A program made the position numbers and the translations under genes. Of a stretch of DNA of 64,000 nt, positions 37,801-47,564 are shown piece by piece (position 1 is the stretch's first letter; every line of letters begins with the position of its first letter). The stretch is from a bacterium. GTDB taxonomy: Bacteria; Fidelibacterota; Fidelibacteria; Fidelibacterales; Fidelibacteraceae. Below the pieces are notes generated by a model. The model was not told where the DNA came from and searched no databases. It was given only the letters and a program-made list of their open reading frames with translations. The stretch is from assembly GCA_963676395.1 (NCBI GenBank), contig OY781066.1:1504001-1568000 (forward strand), written 5' to 3'.

Positions 37801-40617
37801 TTACTTGCTAAAGTCCAGCCTTGGTTAGACAATATTATGGCGAGTGAACTTAGTAATGTTATACTTGATCCTACCATCGAAAAGTATCCCGAGCTCAAGA
37901 TCAAGGGCTGGTTGGGTAATGATAAAGACATTGTTCAGATCAATGGTGTGATCGATCTTTTGTATAAAAAAGGTAACGAGTGGGTTATTTTGGATTATAA
38001 GACCGATGCCGACAGTAAGCGACTTCGGGATTATAAAAAACAGCTGCAAACTTACCAATGGATGGTTAAACAAGCGTATAGCATTGAAGCCAAAGCAAAG
38101 ATCTACTTTGTTGCAAAAAATGAACTTGTTGATGTTGCATGGGATGATAATTATTTTGATAATCTGTCCTTAGGTTTAGAACTGTCAGCTCAATTGCCGC
38201 CCGCTAAAGCTATTCTTGGGAAAATTCAAAACGAGATTAAAGACGGTCCCCAATTAATGCTCTGTGCCTCGGGACAGCACGAAGAGCAGGTATATTTGGG
38301 ACTTGTGAAAACGGGGTTAATGCGACCGGATATCAAAGTAAGTACACTGAATAAATTTCTGCATGAAGACGCTGAAAACGGGATGTCGCAAGATCATTTA
38401 CGACTGATGATCCGTCATGAAAATCCTGGCATGAAGGACGGTACGGCCGACCACTTGGCTAAGGCATTGCGCAACGAAGAACTGGCAAAGGGAAGTATAA
38501 AACAAGAATTTAGAAAGCTGTATCATGATATCACACAGCAATCGGATTACCGTCCGGCAGATCTGGTTTATCGACAGGCAAGCGCAAAGGGACAGCGCAT
38601 TATGTTACTGGATATACATGCGCAGACTGAAATAGAAGAAGCGCTGATCGCCCGACTGAAAAACGAGGCGGATCTTGTAGAAATAAGCTTGATCGAAGAA
38701 AAAGAGGCTGAACAAAATATACTTATTGAAGCATTTTCGCCAAGGGAAGAAGTCATGGCATGTGCACAGCATATCAATGAACATTGTGCTCCGGACGAGC
38801 AAGTAATGATCGCTGTGGCATCTATGGAAAAATATGCACCTCACTTGCAAAGGCAGTTACCACAGTTTGGTTTGCAAGCTCGTTTTATCGGTGATCGTTC
38901 GATGTTTGAACTACCATGCACCACCCTGTTGATGAATTATCTTGAGCTGTTTAGGAAACCGCTTCCCGAATGGGCGGATCTTGCATCGGTGTTGTTACAT
39001 CCACTAATGAAACCGGGATTATCTTTATGGTTGTATGACCAAAAAACCAGAAGAGAACCTTTGAACGAGCCGGCATTGCCTTATGAAGCTGTAGAATTAT
39101 GCGAAAAGGGCAAAGCTAAGGATTTTGATGAGCTGATCGAAAAAGTTGGAAAATTTATAAAAGAGATCAAAGACTCAAATGATCCGGACCAGAGTAAAGC
39201 CTGTGATAAATTTATGGAGCTATTGGAAACGGTACTTGCTGATGTACGCAGAGTCAATTCAAAAGCCGGCATAAATGATTTAATACACGAAATGAATCTA
39301 CGGATCAAAAAGATAGGTTTACCCCGTCGCGATCAATGGAACGGGATTCCGGTCGTGGGCTTGTTGGACAGTTTAGGCACTCGCGTAGATAAACTTTATA
39401 TTCTCGGCATGGTAGAGGGAGATATTCCTCGACAGGAAGGCGAGAATCCATTTTTTATACAGAACAAAAATTACACCCTGGAACTGAATCGGTATTTCAT
39501 GAAAGAATGGAAGAAACTGGGCGATTCGGTGATCTTTTGCACCTCTACGCACGCCGAAGACGGCAGCGAGCAGGCGCGTTCCTCTTTTCTTGAAGGAATG
39601 AATTTACAAACGATCACCTTGGCACCCATGGGGCGCAGAACACAACTTCTTGCCTATGCGAGAAAGCACATCGCCGGACAGCAAGCTGAGATGATCGCTC
39701 GGCACCATGAAATACTGGAAAAACGAAAAGCGGAATTTTCGGGTGATATTGCGAAAATTGAGCATGCATTTGATATCAGCGTTACCCAAGTAGATACTTT
39801 GCTGAAATGCCCGATGAGATTTTATTTTGAGACCGTATTGAAATGCAAAGAATTAGATCAGGATGAGAAATTATATTGGGGCAGTAAAAAGGGTAATGTC
39901 ATCCATAACAGTTATGAAGCTTTTATAAAAGCGAAAGGTTATGAGTTAGATGAAGATGCCGCACTTGAGTTAATGCGCAAGTGTTTGGATGATGCTTTAG
40001 ATAAAGAAGGCATTGATAAAGATGATCCACAGCAGATGGACCGCTTTCGATATTATATCAAGGATCTGCATACCGGATCGGATAATAATTGTCTGGCAAA
40101 AAATCTCAAAACCATCAGAGAAAAATATTCAACATACACTCAATTTGAATATGAAAAGGATTTTAAAAATATCAAACTTGAGCATCCCGATCTAGATATC
40201 GCTTTGCGTGGTCGTATTGATAAGATCATGTTGAGCAACGAAGATAAACAATTAATAGCGTCTGATTTTAAAACGGGTACCATAAAGCCGGCGCTGTTAT
40301 CTAAATGGATGTTATCACAGCTCTATCTTTATCTGAAATATTGCGCTCAGGAATACCCCGACTATGAATTGAAAGCCATGTATGAGTTACTTAAAGCACC
40401 CAAGGATACAAAAATGTTGGAATACACCTTAAGTGAGACAGAGTTCAGACAGGGAAGGCAAAGTTTTATCATCCAAGAATTCGAGGAACATCTGTCCGCT
40501 TTATTTTCTCAGATAGGCGCAGGAAAATATTATATTACAGAGAAACCTTTTAAGGATGCCTGTGAGTATTGTGGATATGAAGGGCTTTGCAGGAAGAATA
40601 CTAGATTGAAAGTCTAA
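34828..40617 (+). CDS. fused AddA-AddB-like DNA end-resection helicase-nuclease (1929 aa)
   Basis: SF1A motifs ACAGAGKT, DEFQDT, VGDRKQSIYRF, TVHKAKGLE, YVAVTRA; nuclease 1 GVIDLL..DYKT..QL..Y; nuclease 2 S.TQ....CP..FY, GRIDK..DFKTG, CEYC.....C; AAGGAG SD. Confidence 0.9.
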   Translation: MNPLKTALDCQRSVFIQACAGAGKTFALTKRYANILDSFSQECLNGKKTGLLGPKNILVITFTKKAAGEMKERILRDVNILLSGHELKDMKDQGFDFCPNLRKTDNEALDKYKKDLQENFSQNAISTIDSFCAGVLREFAYKLGIDPQFLSQDDHDTKKLLNENLEIWIAQKLKDAPDSFDILLEDLAFYQIKDILKGMIASREILDEYLEDFETKNEDQIWQDWLRRYTSDVDTMTMEVRLRSLWNEAQDKCKDKGDNLYQLLEKLVNRTEQLKVYIDPNEYKSAFISEVLNRKGDLLTLKNGKLVYKVSMPGTAKNWNDNFKKDAQEWFDHVKDTIIIDDVLGTPSPQDKKIIPILKDIIAKFREFDDFFRNIRLDRDLLDFSDVIILTHKLLSEHADVRSILAKRYQHILLDEFQDTNPLRWQIIEMIVNENPNIKLFVVGDRKQSIYRFNNADVTVMDTAEKMVVEKLKGLKVEFNDNYRSSEQFINEAVNPLMSMILKSVGEDKEAYEADFAATVSPINKQGISPALETIWCQTGKDEEEYIPAHHCAYQVERLLKKHKNSEIDPGDDKPLVAVLLRRYTKLSDYIQAFGKRGIPVSILGGKDFYKSPALKDIFHLISVLDNPWDDLALIGLLRSPFFSLPDPIIHKLAGRKHNVFDAMGTISELQSAYREILTWREQSQTLALDTLIAKILDDKDRELGYVSELLPEQQLANLDKTINIIRGLQRSGSTLREIREFLHYQIFTDADEAQAAYPAKARVHILTVHKAKGLEYPIVLIPEMNQKGRGETNTLRYGRYEGNHEISLSLGDDEKPGLLMRLKDIIKKEEEAEDKRLFYVAVTRAIYKAVLLGEGEKATRNTWWAKYVLGVEQADKVDETLMETDSWDENITQVRKEQVLNILNVDTPGNLDWKEKEQFEEPGKYLYRSPHDLMGQKEDFDFFKIKGGLGTVPGKIFHYCMEQLWLDGKVNAQEITQYIKSEYPEFPHKDLLAKVQPWLDNIMASELSNVILDPTIEKYPELKIKGWLGNDKDIVQINGVIDLLYKKGNEWVILDYKTDADSKRLRDYKKQLQTYQWMVKQAYSIEAKAKIYFVAKNELVDVAWDDNYFDNLSLGLELSAQLPPAKAILGKIQNEIKDGPQLMLCASGQHEEQVYLGLVKTGLMRPDIKVSTLNKFLHEDAENGMSQDHLRLMIRHENPGMKDGTADHLAKALRNEELAKGSIKQEFRKLYHDITQQSDYRPADLVYRQASAKGQRIMLLDIHAQTEIEEALIARLKNEADLVEISLIEEKEAEQNILIEAFSPREEVMACAQHINEHCAPDEQVMIAVASMEKYAPHLQRQLPQFGLQARFIGDRSMFELPCTTLLMNYLELFRKPLPEWADLASVLLHPLMKPGLSLWLYDQKTRREPLNEPALPYEAVELCEKGKAKDFDELIEKVGKFIKEIKDSNDPDQSKACDKFMELLETVLADVRRVNSKAGINDLIHEMNLRIKKIGLPRRDQWNGIPVVGLLDSLGTRVDKLYILGMVEGDIPRQEGENPFFIQNKNYTLELNRYFMKEWKKLGDSVIFCTSTHAEDGSEQARSSFLEGMNLQTITLAPMGRRTQLLAYARKHIAGQQAEMIARHHEILEKRKAEFSGDIAKIEHAFDISVTQVDTLLKCPMRFYFETVLKCKELDQDEKLYWGSKKGNVIHNSYEAFIKAKGYELDEDAALELMRKCLDDALDKEGIDKDDPQQMDRFRYYIKDLHTGSDNNCLAKNLKTIREKYSTYTQFEYEKDFKNIKLEHPDLDIALRGRIDKIMLSNEDKQLIASDFKTGTIKPALLSKWMLSQLYLYLKYCAQEYPDYELKAMYELLKAPKDTKMLEYTLSETEFRQGRQSFIIQEFEEHLSALFSQIGAGKYYITEKPFKDACEYCGYEGLCRKNTRLKV

Positions 40618-40705
40618 AAATACTGTTAATCAAAAGTATCGAATGGTTGTGCTCACACATTGCAAGAATTAACCAAATGATTAAGATATAACCTTGGAGA
40701 TATAC

Positions 40706-41032
40706 ATGAACGAATTTTTATTAAACGAACTCAAACGAGCTAGAGAAGAAGGCAAGCTAAAGGAAGTCACGATTGATAATATCAAAAAATGGGTACGCCG
40801 TACCCGTTTAAAACAATTGGTATTTATCTTTTTCGAATCTGTTATTCTTTTGGGATTTGGTATCGGTAATTTAACGAATAATCCTGTGAAATCATTTTCT
40901 TTCGCATTGGGTGTTCTTTGTCTGGTGATCTGGCCTTTTCTTGCCATCAATATTCATAGGTATTTGAGGAGGTTGGAATACAAAGAAGAGGATTTAGAAG
41001 AAATAGTAAGACGGTTAACAGAGGAGAGTTAA
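40706..41032 (+). CDS. small two-TM membrane protein
   Basis: GGAG SD, two hydrophobic segments. Confidence 0.65.
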   Translation: MNEFLLNELKRAREEGKLKEVTIDNIKKWVRRTRLKQLVFIFFESVILLGFGIGNLTNNPVKSFSFALGVLCLVIWPFLAINIHRYLRRLEYKEEDLEEIVRRLTEES

Positions 41033-41068
41033 CAGTTTACAACGAAAATCTAATATTGTGGGGACGCA

Positions 41069-41403
41069 GATGAGAAAAAGCCTCATCTTTTTTTACAAAG
41101 AATTATCAAATGCTCATCTTTCTTGAAAAAGAGTACAAGGAATATGAAATAGCAAAACAATTATTGAAGTCCGGTACCGGTATTGGAGCAAATGTCACGG
41201 AAGGTGAGTATGCCCAAAGCCCAAAAAACTCTCTCTCTAAAATGAATATTGCTTTAAAAGAGGCAGCAGAAACGGAATTTTGGATCAAACAGTTAAGAGA
41301 TTCTAATTGGTATGGCGACCATTGGGAATCACTATTGAAGGACTGCATTGAGATAAGAAAAATTCTTATCTCAATTGTTAAAACCACCAGAAATAATCTA
41401 TAA
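41069..41403 (+). pseudogene. four-helix-bundle (TIGR02436/23S-IVP-like) gene with frameshifted 5' end
   Basis: KQLLKSGTGIGAN..E..YAQS....SK..IALKEA.ETEFW; expected preceding RIIK is in another frame. Confidence 0.7.
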
Positions 41404-41460
41404 TACTTGACTTAAAGTATTATCTCATGAAACTTGTACGTTGTTAACTATACGTTGAGC

Positions 41461-43791
41461 CTATTTCATCAGGATCAGCTTTTGTACCTTACTTTCACCT
41501 CCAACGCTTAAATTGGCAAAATAGATTCCCGAAGGATAATTTGCGGCATTCCAGTTAATGGCATAGGAACCTGCCGAATAATGGTCATTGGCCAAAGTTG
41601 TAATTTGTTGGCCGTTTATATTAAAGATATTTAATTTAACTTCGGCATCATAAGGTATGGTGAATTCCAAAGTCGTACTGGGGTTGAAAGGATTGGGATA
41701 TGCAGATCTCAAATGAAAATCAGTCGGAAAATCACCAAAGATATCTTCAACAGAAACTTCGTTTGCGGATTCAAAGAAATCAATAATCCTTGCCATAAAG
41801 TCGATTCGTTTATCTTCACCTTGGATTGTTTCGAAAGGAAAGCCAAGACAGATAACTTTACCTGTATCCGAAGACGTGCCAAAAGGACCGACATAGCCGA
41901 TTCCTGCATAAACGCCACTTGAATACTGTACAATAAATTTACCGCCACCGTTTGCCCGGATTTTGTCGGGATAATCTTCAGGATACAAAGCAGAGCTACC
42001 GCCATAGGAGAATGATAATCCTTCAAAACGTGTATTTTCGCGCCCTGTTACAGTGTAATCATTTGAATCATCACCGACATAAATAGCTTTAAAATAATTA
42101 TTATAAAAACTGATGTCAGCCGAAGAACCCTTGTTTCCAATATCATAACCGATCTCTGAACCACTGACAAAGAAATGTCCACCTTGTTCCAAATATGCTT
42201 TTACTTTGTTTTGTTCAACACTGCTGAATGTTTCATCGCTGACACTTTCATCACCGGAAAACCAGATCACGTGTTCATAATCGTTTAACAGAACATCCTC
42301 ATCGATGATTGCTTGATTGTCGCATGTCGTGTAACCCCAACCTTCGGGCAAAGCATCGGCATAGTAGCCTGAAATATAATGATAAGCTAAGTTCCAACCT
42401 TGATCATTGGATACACGATCGTAACCGTCGACAATGAGGACAACTTTATCTTGAGTACTTCGTTTTACAAAATAGGTATCTGAGGGATCGCCTTCATTAC
42501 CATTGTAATAGGGGATGAGTTTAACGGAACGCTGACAGATACAATCAATGCCATATAATTTGATCGTTAAAGAGTCAGCAGGATAAATAAATTCGTTACC
42601 ACCGTTTGAACCACCGTCGAATTGTTCGACCAATTTTACAGAATCGATATTATTTTTATAGTTCCAGTTAAGATCCCAACTGCCATCGGAATTGGGAAGA
42701 ATTGAGTGAATTCTTGGTTGACCGGGCAGATCATCTATAACTCTGACCGCTGCATTTGCAACCGCTTGGCGAGTGGACGATACACTTGCATTATCATCCG
42801 GGTATACACGATTTGTTAATAAAACCACAAATAGATCACGAGTTGGATCCATAAATGCGGATGTACCGGTGTAGCCGGTGTGACCGAAATTTAAATCGGA
42901 CATTAATGATCCGGCTGAGCTACCATTAATTCCCCACCCATAAGCTCGGCTGCCGGCAGTCGATTGCAAGGTTGTAAATGGGACAACGGTTGTAGAATCT
43001 ACATATTTTCGTCCATCAACCGTTCCATGTCCTAACATGAGTTGACAAAATTTAGCCAAATCACCACTGGTTGAGAACAGGCCTGCATTACCCGAATATC
43101 CATTCAAACCAGCTGCCAACGGATCATGAACCGAACCTTGAAGCGAGCGAGTTGTCGGCAAACAACGATCATGTAAAGAATCTTCCGGGCAGAACATTGA
43201 GTTTACAAGTCCCATCGGATCTGTGTAAATTTCTTTATAAAATTCCCACATCATCATACCGGTTGCCTCTTCAACAACGCGCATATTCATGATGAAATTT
43301 AAACATGAATAGGTATAGGTACCTATCGAATTGCTTTGAGAAATATTATAGATATTGTTTAATGTTGCCGAACGAGTGGAAGCCGGACTTGTATAGGCAG
43401 GCAAACCACTGGTATGCATTAATAAATGCTTAACTTTGATTGAACCTTTACCGTTATTATCAAATGCTGGAACATAGTCCTTAACATAATCTTCAGGAGA
43501 AACCAGTCCCGAATCAATACATTTCATCATACACATTGAAGTGGCAAAAACTTTTGTCAAAGAAGCCAGGTCAAATATAGAGAGTGTATCTACCACAGTG
43601 GAAGATGCGTCATAAGTGAATTGTCCATAAGCTTTGTTATATAGGATTGAATCTGATGTGCCAATGGATACACATGCTCCGGGAAATACATGGTTATCAA
43701 TGGCGGCCTGCACAACTTCGTCGACTTCTTTAAATTTACTGGCAGCAAAGATAATATTTACGGTTAGTAAAAAGATCATTATTCGTTTCAT
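41461..43791 (-). CDS. secreted beta-lactamase-fold serine hydrolase with T9SS/FlgD-type C-terminal domain
   Basis: FDLASLTK (SxxK), YSCLN, GHTGYTG, LLTNR; CTD YPNPFNPST...SGIYF...KLILMK. Confidence 0.88.
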   Translation of the reverse strand: MKRIMIFLLTVNIIFAASKFKEVDEVVQAAIDNHVFPGACVSIGTSDSILYNKAYGQFTYDASSTVVDTLSIFDLASLTKVFATSMCMMKCIDSGLVSPEDYVKDYVPAFDNNGKGSIKVKHLLMHTSGLPAYTSPASTRSATLNNIYNISQSNSIGTYTYSCLNFIMNMRVVEEATGMMMWEFYKEIYTDPMGLVNSMFCPEDSLHDRCLPTTRSLQGSVHDPLAAGLNGYSGNAGLFSTSGDLAKFCQLMLGHGTVDGRKYVDSTTVVPFTTLQSTAGSRAYGWGINGSSAGSLMSDLNFGHTGYTGTSAFMDPTRDLFVVLLTNRVYPDDNASVSSTRQAVANAAVRVIDDLPGQPRIHSILPNSDGSWDLNWNYKNNIDSVKLVEQFDGGSNGGNEFIYPADSLTIKLYGIDCICQRSVKLIPYYNGNEGDPSDTYFVKRSTQDKVVLIVDGYDRVSNDQGWNLAYHYISGYYADALPEGWGYTTCDNQAIIDEDVLLNDYEHVIWFSGDESVSDETFSSVEQNKVKAYLEQGGHFFVSGSEIGYDIGNKGSSADISFYNNYFKAIYVGDDSNDYTVTGRENTRFEGLSFSYGGSSALYPEDYPDKIRANGGGKFIVQYSSGVYAGIGYVGPFGTSSDTGKVICLGFPFETIQGEDKRIDFMARIIDFFESANEVSVEDIFGDFPTDFHLRSAYPNPFNPSTTLEFTIPYDAEVKLNIFNINGQQITTLANDHYSAGSYAINWNAANYPSGIYFANLSVGGESKVQKLILMK

Positions 43792-43985
43792 GGTAAGCCT
43801 CATCTAGTTATTTATTCATGGAATAATAAAAATATTTATCGCTAGAAACAAGAAAGGAATTCTAAAGTAATTAGCATGGTGCAAAAAACTATTCTATCAT
43901 GAGTTTATTTAAGGATATCTGTTTCTTATCGATGATGGTTTGTAAGTTGAAGAATATATCAATAGATGTTTCTGCCTGCCAGCTA

Positions 43986-44780
43986 CTATTTTGTACCTTC
44001 TATCTTCTGGCTTTTGGCTTCTGATTTTTCGGGATTCTCCGCGACAAAGATCTTTTCGATACCCAAATTTAGATCTTTTTCATATTTGAGTAATTCGACA
44101 CTGCGCTTGACGATGTCTTCCTCATAAAGAACCAACGATAAATAGAGTAAAAAGATCGTGGTGGTTGCAATAAACCAAATTTCAAAGATACCCGACATAC
44201 CAAACACCAAAATGGAAAGAAAAGAGCCACCAACAATCGTGTATTGCCATATTCTATTGATTTTGCGAAGTCGAGGGTTGCCTTGACTAATATAGCGTAC
44301 AAAGGGAAATAGTCCCAACACCAACAAAAGACCGTAGTTTACAGACGTCAAAACGTGAACGAAATGCCAGAAGGGGAAGAGGTCTTTTAACGCCGGGATA
44401 ATAGCAGTTAGAACAAGGGTAATAGATGCATAAATAATTAAGGTAAATGAGATCTTTTGCTCATATTTTTCAAGTTTGAATAAGGAGACGGCAGCGGTTT
44501 GAATAGAAAAACCCGCGATAACAGCCCAAATAATGAATATCTCGCGGTAAGTAAAAAAATTTCCGATATTACTCAGAGTATATTTGAAGGGATTTTCTAA
44601 GGTACCGTAGATAGCTGTAACAATTAGGGTTAATAACAACACGCTCATCACAAATATTCTTGTCCTTCGTTGTTTATATAGATCTGAAATATCCTGTTTG
44701 TGTTTTGACTGAAATTCAGGATCGACCACACCATCGGGAAGAATGTTTGTATCACTCTTTTTTTGAATTTTTCTTGGCAT
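43986..44780 (-). CDS. multi-pass membrane protein, unknown function
   Basis: About six TM segments; start MPRK after GGAGG SD. Confidence 0.75.
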   Translation of the reverse strand: MPRKIQKKSDTNILPDGVVDPEFQSKHKQDISDLYKQRRTRIFVMSVLLLTLIVTAIYGTLENPFKYTLSNIGNFFTYREIFIIWAVIAGFSIQTAAVSLFKLEKYEQKISFTLIIYASITLVLTAIIPALKDLFPFWHFVHVLTSVNYGLLLVLGLFPFVRYISQGNPRLRKINRIWQYTIVGGSFLSILVFGMSGIFEIWFIATTTIFLLYLSLVLYEEDIVKRSVELLKYEKDLNLGIEKIFVAENPEKSEAKSQKIEGTK

Positions 44781-44947
44781 TTTCCTTAATCCTCCCATTA
44801 TACAGATACAAATAAAGATAAATCAACAGAGTTTCCAATCCAAGACAAAATCATTACACATGGTTTCCGGATAATAGGCAGACTTTGATGAATGATTTTA
44901 TTTTTTATGTGGAAACCCTATATTTATGGTATAATTCAGGAGCCTTC

Positions 44948-46630
44948 ATGCAAGTCAACGGTCAGCATTATCGTACAATATTCTTAGATGAAAACAATGA
45001 AAAAATCAAGATCATAAATCAACGATCATTACCTCATGAATTTAATATTGTTGAAATTAGCACCTGTGATGAAATGTGCGAAGTGATCAGGAATATGACC
45101 CTTCGGGGAGCCGGTCTCATTGGTGCGGCTACGGGTTATGGAATGTATCTTGCAGCCTTGGAAGCAGAAGACAAAAACTTCGATGAAGATATTCATAAAG
45201 CTGCCGAGAAATTAAAGCAGACTCGTCCTACTGCCGTGAATCTTGCTTGGGCGGTTGAGCGGCAGTTAAAAGCTTTCTTGGGAAAAATATCTGTGAAAGA
45301 AAAACGTAAGTTAGCTTTGCAAACGGCTATAGCAATTGCAAACGAAGATGCAGAAGCCTGCAAAAGGATAGGAGAATATGGTGTTGAGATCATTCGAGAG
45401 ATTGCAGCAAAAAAAGAGGGTCCGGTGAATATTTTAACTCATTGCAATGCCGGATGGCTGGCATTTGTTGATCACGGCACGGCTTTGTCACCCATATATA
45501 AAGCACAAGCCGAAGGCATTGATGTGCATGTGTGGGTAGATGAAACACGTCCACGAAATCAGGGAGCATCCCTTACAAGTTGGGAACTTGCTCAACAAGG
45601 AGTAGCACACACACTTATCACCGATAATGCCGGAGGACATTTAATGCAAAAGGGCATGGTAGATATGGTGATTACCGGAGCTGATCGTGTCGCTGCTAAC
45701 GGGGATGTAGCAAATAAAATTGGGACATATCTCAAAGCTTTGGCTGCGAAGGATAATGGCATTCCTTTTTATGTCGCCTTACCAAGTAGCACTTTTGATC
45801 TAAATATAAAAAACGGAGTACGTGATATTCCAATTGAAGAGCGGGACGCAAATGAAGTAAAATATGTTTCAGGCAAGAATGCCAATGCGCAGGTAGAAAA
45901 AGTATTGATCTGTCTCGAAAATACTTCTGTTGGTAATTGGGGCTTTGATGTGACCCCTGCGAGGTTGATCACAAAATTAATTTGTGAAAAAGGTATCTGC
46001 GATGCTAATAAAGAGGATATAACAAGACTATTGCCCGATGAAGGTTACATAAAGTTCAAGGCTGAAAAACGTTGCGAAGACTTGCCGGAGTTTCAGGGAT
46101 TTGCATTATTGAATTTAGCACGAACAAAGCTACATGATATGAAATTGATTGGCATGTATAGCAACGGGATCGGCTATGGGAATATCAGTTTGAGGGTGGG
46201 AAAAGACTTTTTGATCTCCGGCTCTGCAACGGGAAATATTCATGAGCTTCCGCTTGATAAATATGCCTTGGTATCTAAGGTTGATATTGCTCGAAACACA
46301 GTTTATTATTCAGGCAAGACGACAGCCTCCTCGGAATCCATGAGTCATGCCATGATATATCAAACGCTTCCTAATGTAAAGTGTGTGATCCATGTTCATC
46401 ATGCAGAGTTACATCAATTCATGAAACGAGAAGATTATGATGCCACAGCTCCGGATGTGAGCTATGGTACTCCCGAATTTGCTGAAAGTATCATCTCTTT
46501 ATTGAGAAACAAGAAAGAATCTCATGGAGTTTTTGTTACACCCGGACACGAAGAGGGTGTATTTGTTTATGGCGAGAGCGTGGATGAGGCGATGGAAGCA
46601 TGTTTGAATATTTATACTGCAATTTCGTAA
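44948..46630 (+). CDS. mtnA: methylthioribose-1-phosphate isomerase fused to class II aldolase/adducin domain
   Basis: LRGA..IG, RPTAVNL, LTHCNAG, DETRPR.QG, GDVANKIGT, FDVTP; then DEGYIKF, GNIS, SSE..SH, HVH, GHEEG. Confidence 0.9.
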   Translation: MQVNGQHYRTIFLDENNEKIKIINQRSLPHEFNIVEISTCDEMCEVIRNMTLRGAGLIGAATGYGMYLAALEAEDKNFDEDIHKAAEKLKQTRPTAVNLAWAVERQLKAFLGKISVKEKRKLALQTAIAIANEDAEACKRIGEYGVEIIREIAAKKEGPVNILTHCNAGWLAFVDHGTALSPIYKAQAEGIDVHVWVDETRPRNQGASLTSWELAQQGVAHTLITDNAGGHLMQKGMVDMVITGADRVAANGDVANKIGTYLKALAAKDNGIPFYVALPSSTFDLNIKNGVRDIPIEERDANEVKYVSGKNANAQVEKVLICLENTSVGNWGFDVTPARLITKLICEKGICDANKEDITRLLPDEGYIKFKAEKRCEDLPEFQGFALLNLARTKLHDMKLIGMYSNGIGYGNISLRVGKDFLISGSATGNIHELPLDKYALVSKVDIARNTVYYSGKTTASSESMSHAMIYQTLPNVKCVIHVHHAELHQFMKREDYDATAPDVSYGTPEFAESIISLLRNKKESHGVFVTPGHEEGVFVYGESVDEAMEACLNIYTAIS

Positions 46631-46660
46631 TAACAGTACATCTATTGTTCTAAATTAAAA

Positions 46661-46685
46661 GGGGCGACTAAAGAATCGCCCGCAC
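46661..46685. repeat. REP-like hairpin between convergent genes
   Basis: GGGCGA-CTAAAGAA-TCGCCC. Confidence 0.5.
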
Positions 46686-46704
46686 ATTAACATTATTTCA
46701 AATT

Positions 46705-47454
46705 TTATTCTAAAGATTTTTCCGCTTTCTTTTTCTTAATTCCATCACTGATCGCATAGGGTAGGTAAGCCAGTACAAAAAGTACCAAAGCTACGCCACA
46801 TAGTGAAAGCAGATACCAGGGCCATGGACCTAAAAGGTCGATGAGAGAGCCACCCAGTGGGGGATGTTTTAGGAACATGTAATTCATGTCAGGATGCAGA
46901 AAATTCAATGGAAAAATCACCGCTGCAAGTATAAGCGTTCTTATAAAAACACGCGGGATAGAATTCCAATATGGACGCATTTTTAAAATAATAACGGCAT
47001 ATAATAAACCAAGTATTTCAATGGTGTGTGCCGTAAAAAAGGTGATAGCTATTGGATGTGGGAACATATATTTTAGATCTGGAGTGAGTAGAGACTGAGT
47101 TGCTCCACACAAAGCCCAGAAGTACGCTAACTCCAATGCCCATTGTTTTCTTGTTATCAGTAGAATACCTACCATGATCATGCCAAAGTTACAAAGATGC
47201 AATGGTAAACTTGCAGCCAGACTATGTCCTAAGATCAATTTCATGGTTGGGATCTCCATGAATAAATGCACAATGGCAACAATACCTAGGATGCGACCGG
47301 TTTTATTAGCTTGTTGTTCATTCAGTTTTTTCTTACTGTAGATCAAGAAAGCAGCTGATACAATTAAAATGATACTCAAATAGATCAGATGATCTGTGCC
47401 GAACATTGGGATGGTTTTTTCATAGCGTAATTGCTCGAGATTTTCTCTCCACAT
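46705..47454 (-). CDS. YwaF/TIGR02206 family membrane protein
   Basis: LPLHLC, A.Q.LLTPD, FF..H, NYMFL...P...SL.D.LGPWPWY. Confidence 0.88.
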   Translation of the reverse strand: MWRENLEQLRYEKTIPMFGTDHLIYLSIILIVSAAFLIYSKKKLNEQQANKTGRILGIVAIVHLFMEIPTMKLILGHSLAASLPLHLCNFGMIMVGILLITRKQWALELAYFWALCGATQSLLTPDLKYMFPHPIAITFFTAHTIEILGLLYAVIILKMRPYWNSIPRVFIRTLILAAVIFPLNFLHPDMNYMFLKHPPLGGSLIDLLGPWPWYLLSLCGVALVLFVLAYLPYAISDGIKKKKAEKSLE

Positions 47455-47564
47455 GGTGTTCCCTCCTAATTTGTGGCGAGTAACTAGACGTTGTTGACTA
47501 GTTCTCATTTATTTTCTAATTGAAATCCTGTGTTATTCCAATCAGATATATTCGTACAATCGTA

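Noticed and set aside
39770..40617. Cas4 or defence nuclease
   Set aside because: The Fe-S PD-(D/E)XK domain is in frame with an AddA-type helicase and AddB-like region; best read as the AddB nuclease.
41069..41403. Diversity-generating retroelement Avd accessory gene
   Set aside because: No reverse transcriptase and no template/variable repeat pair seen.
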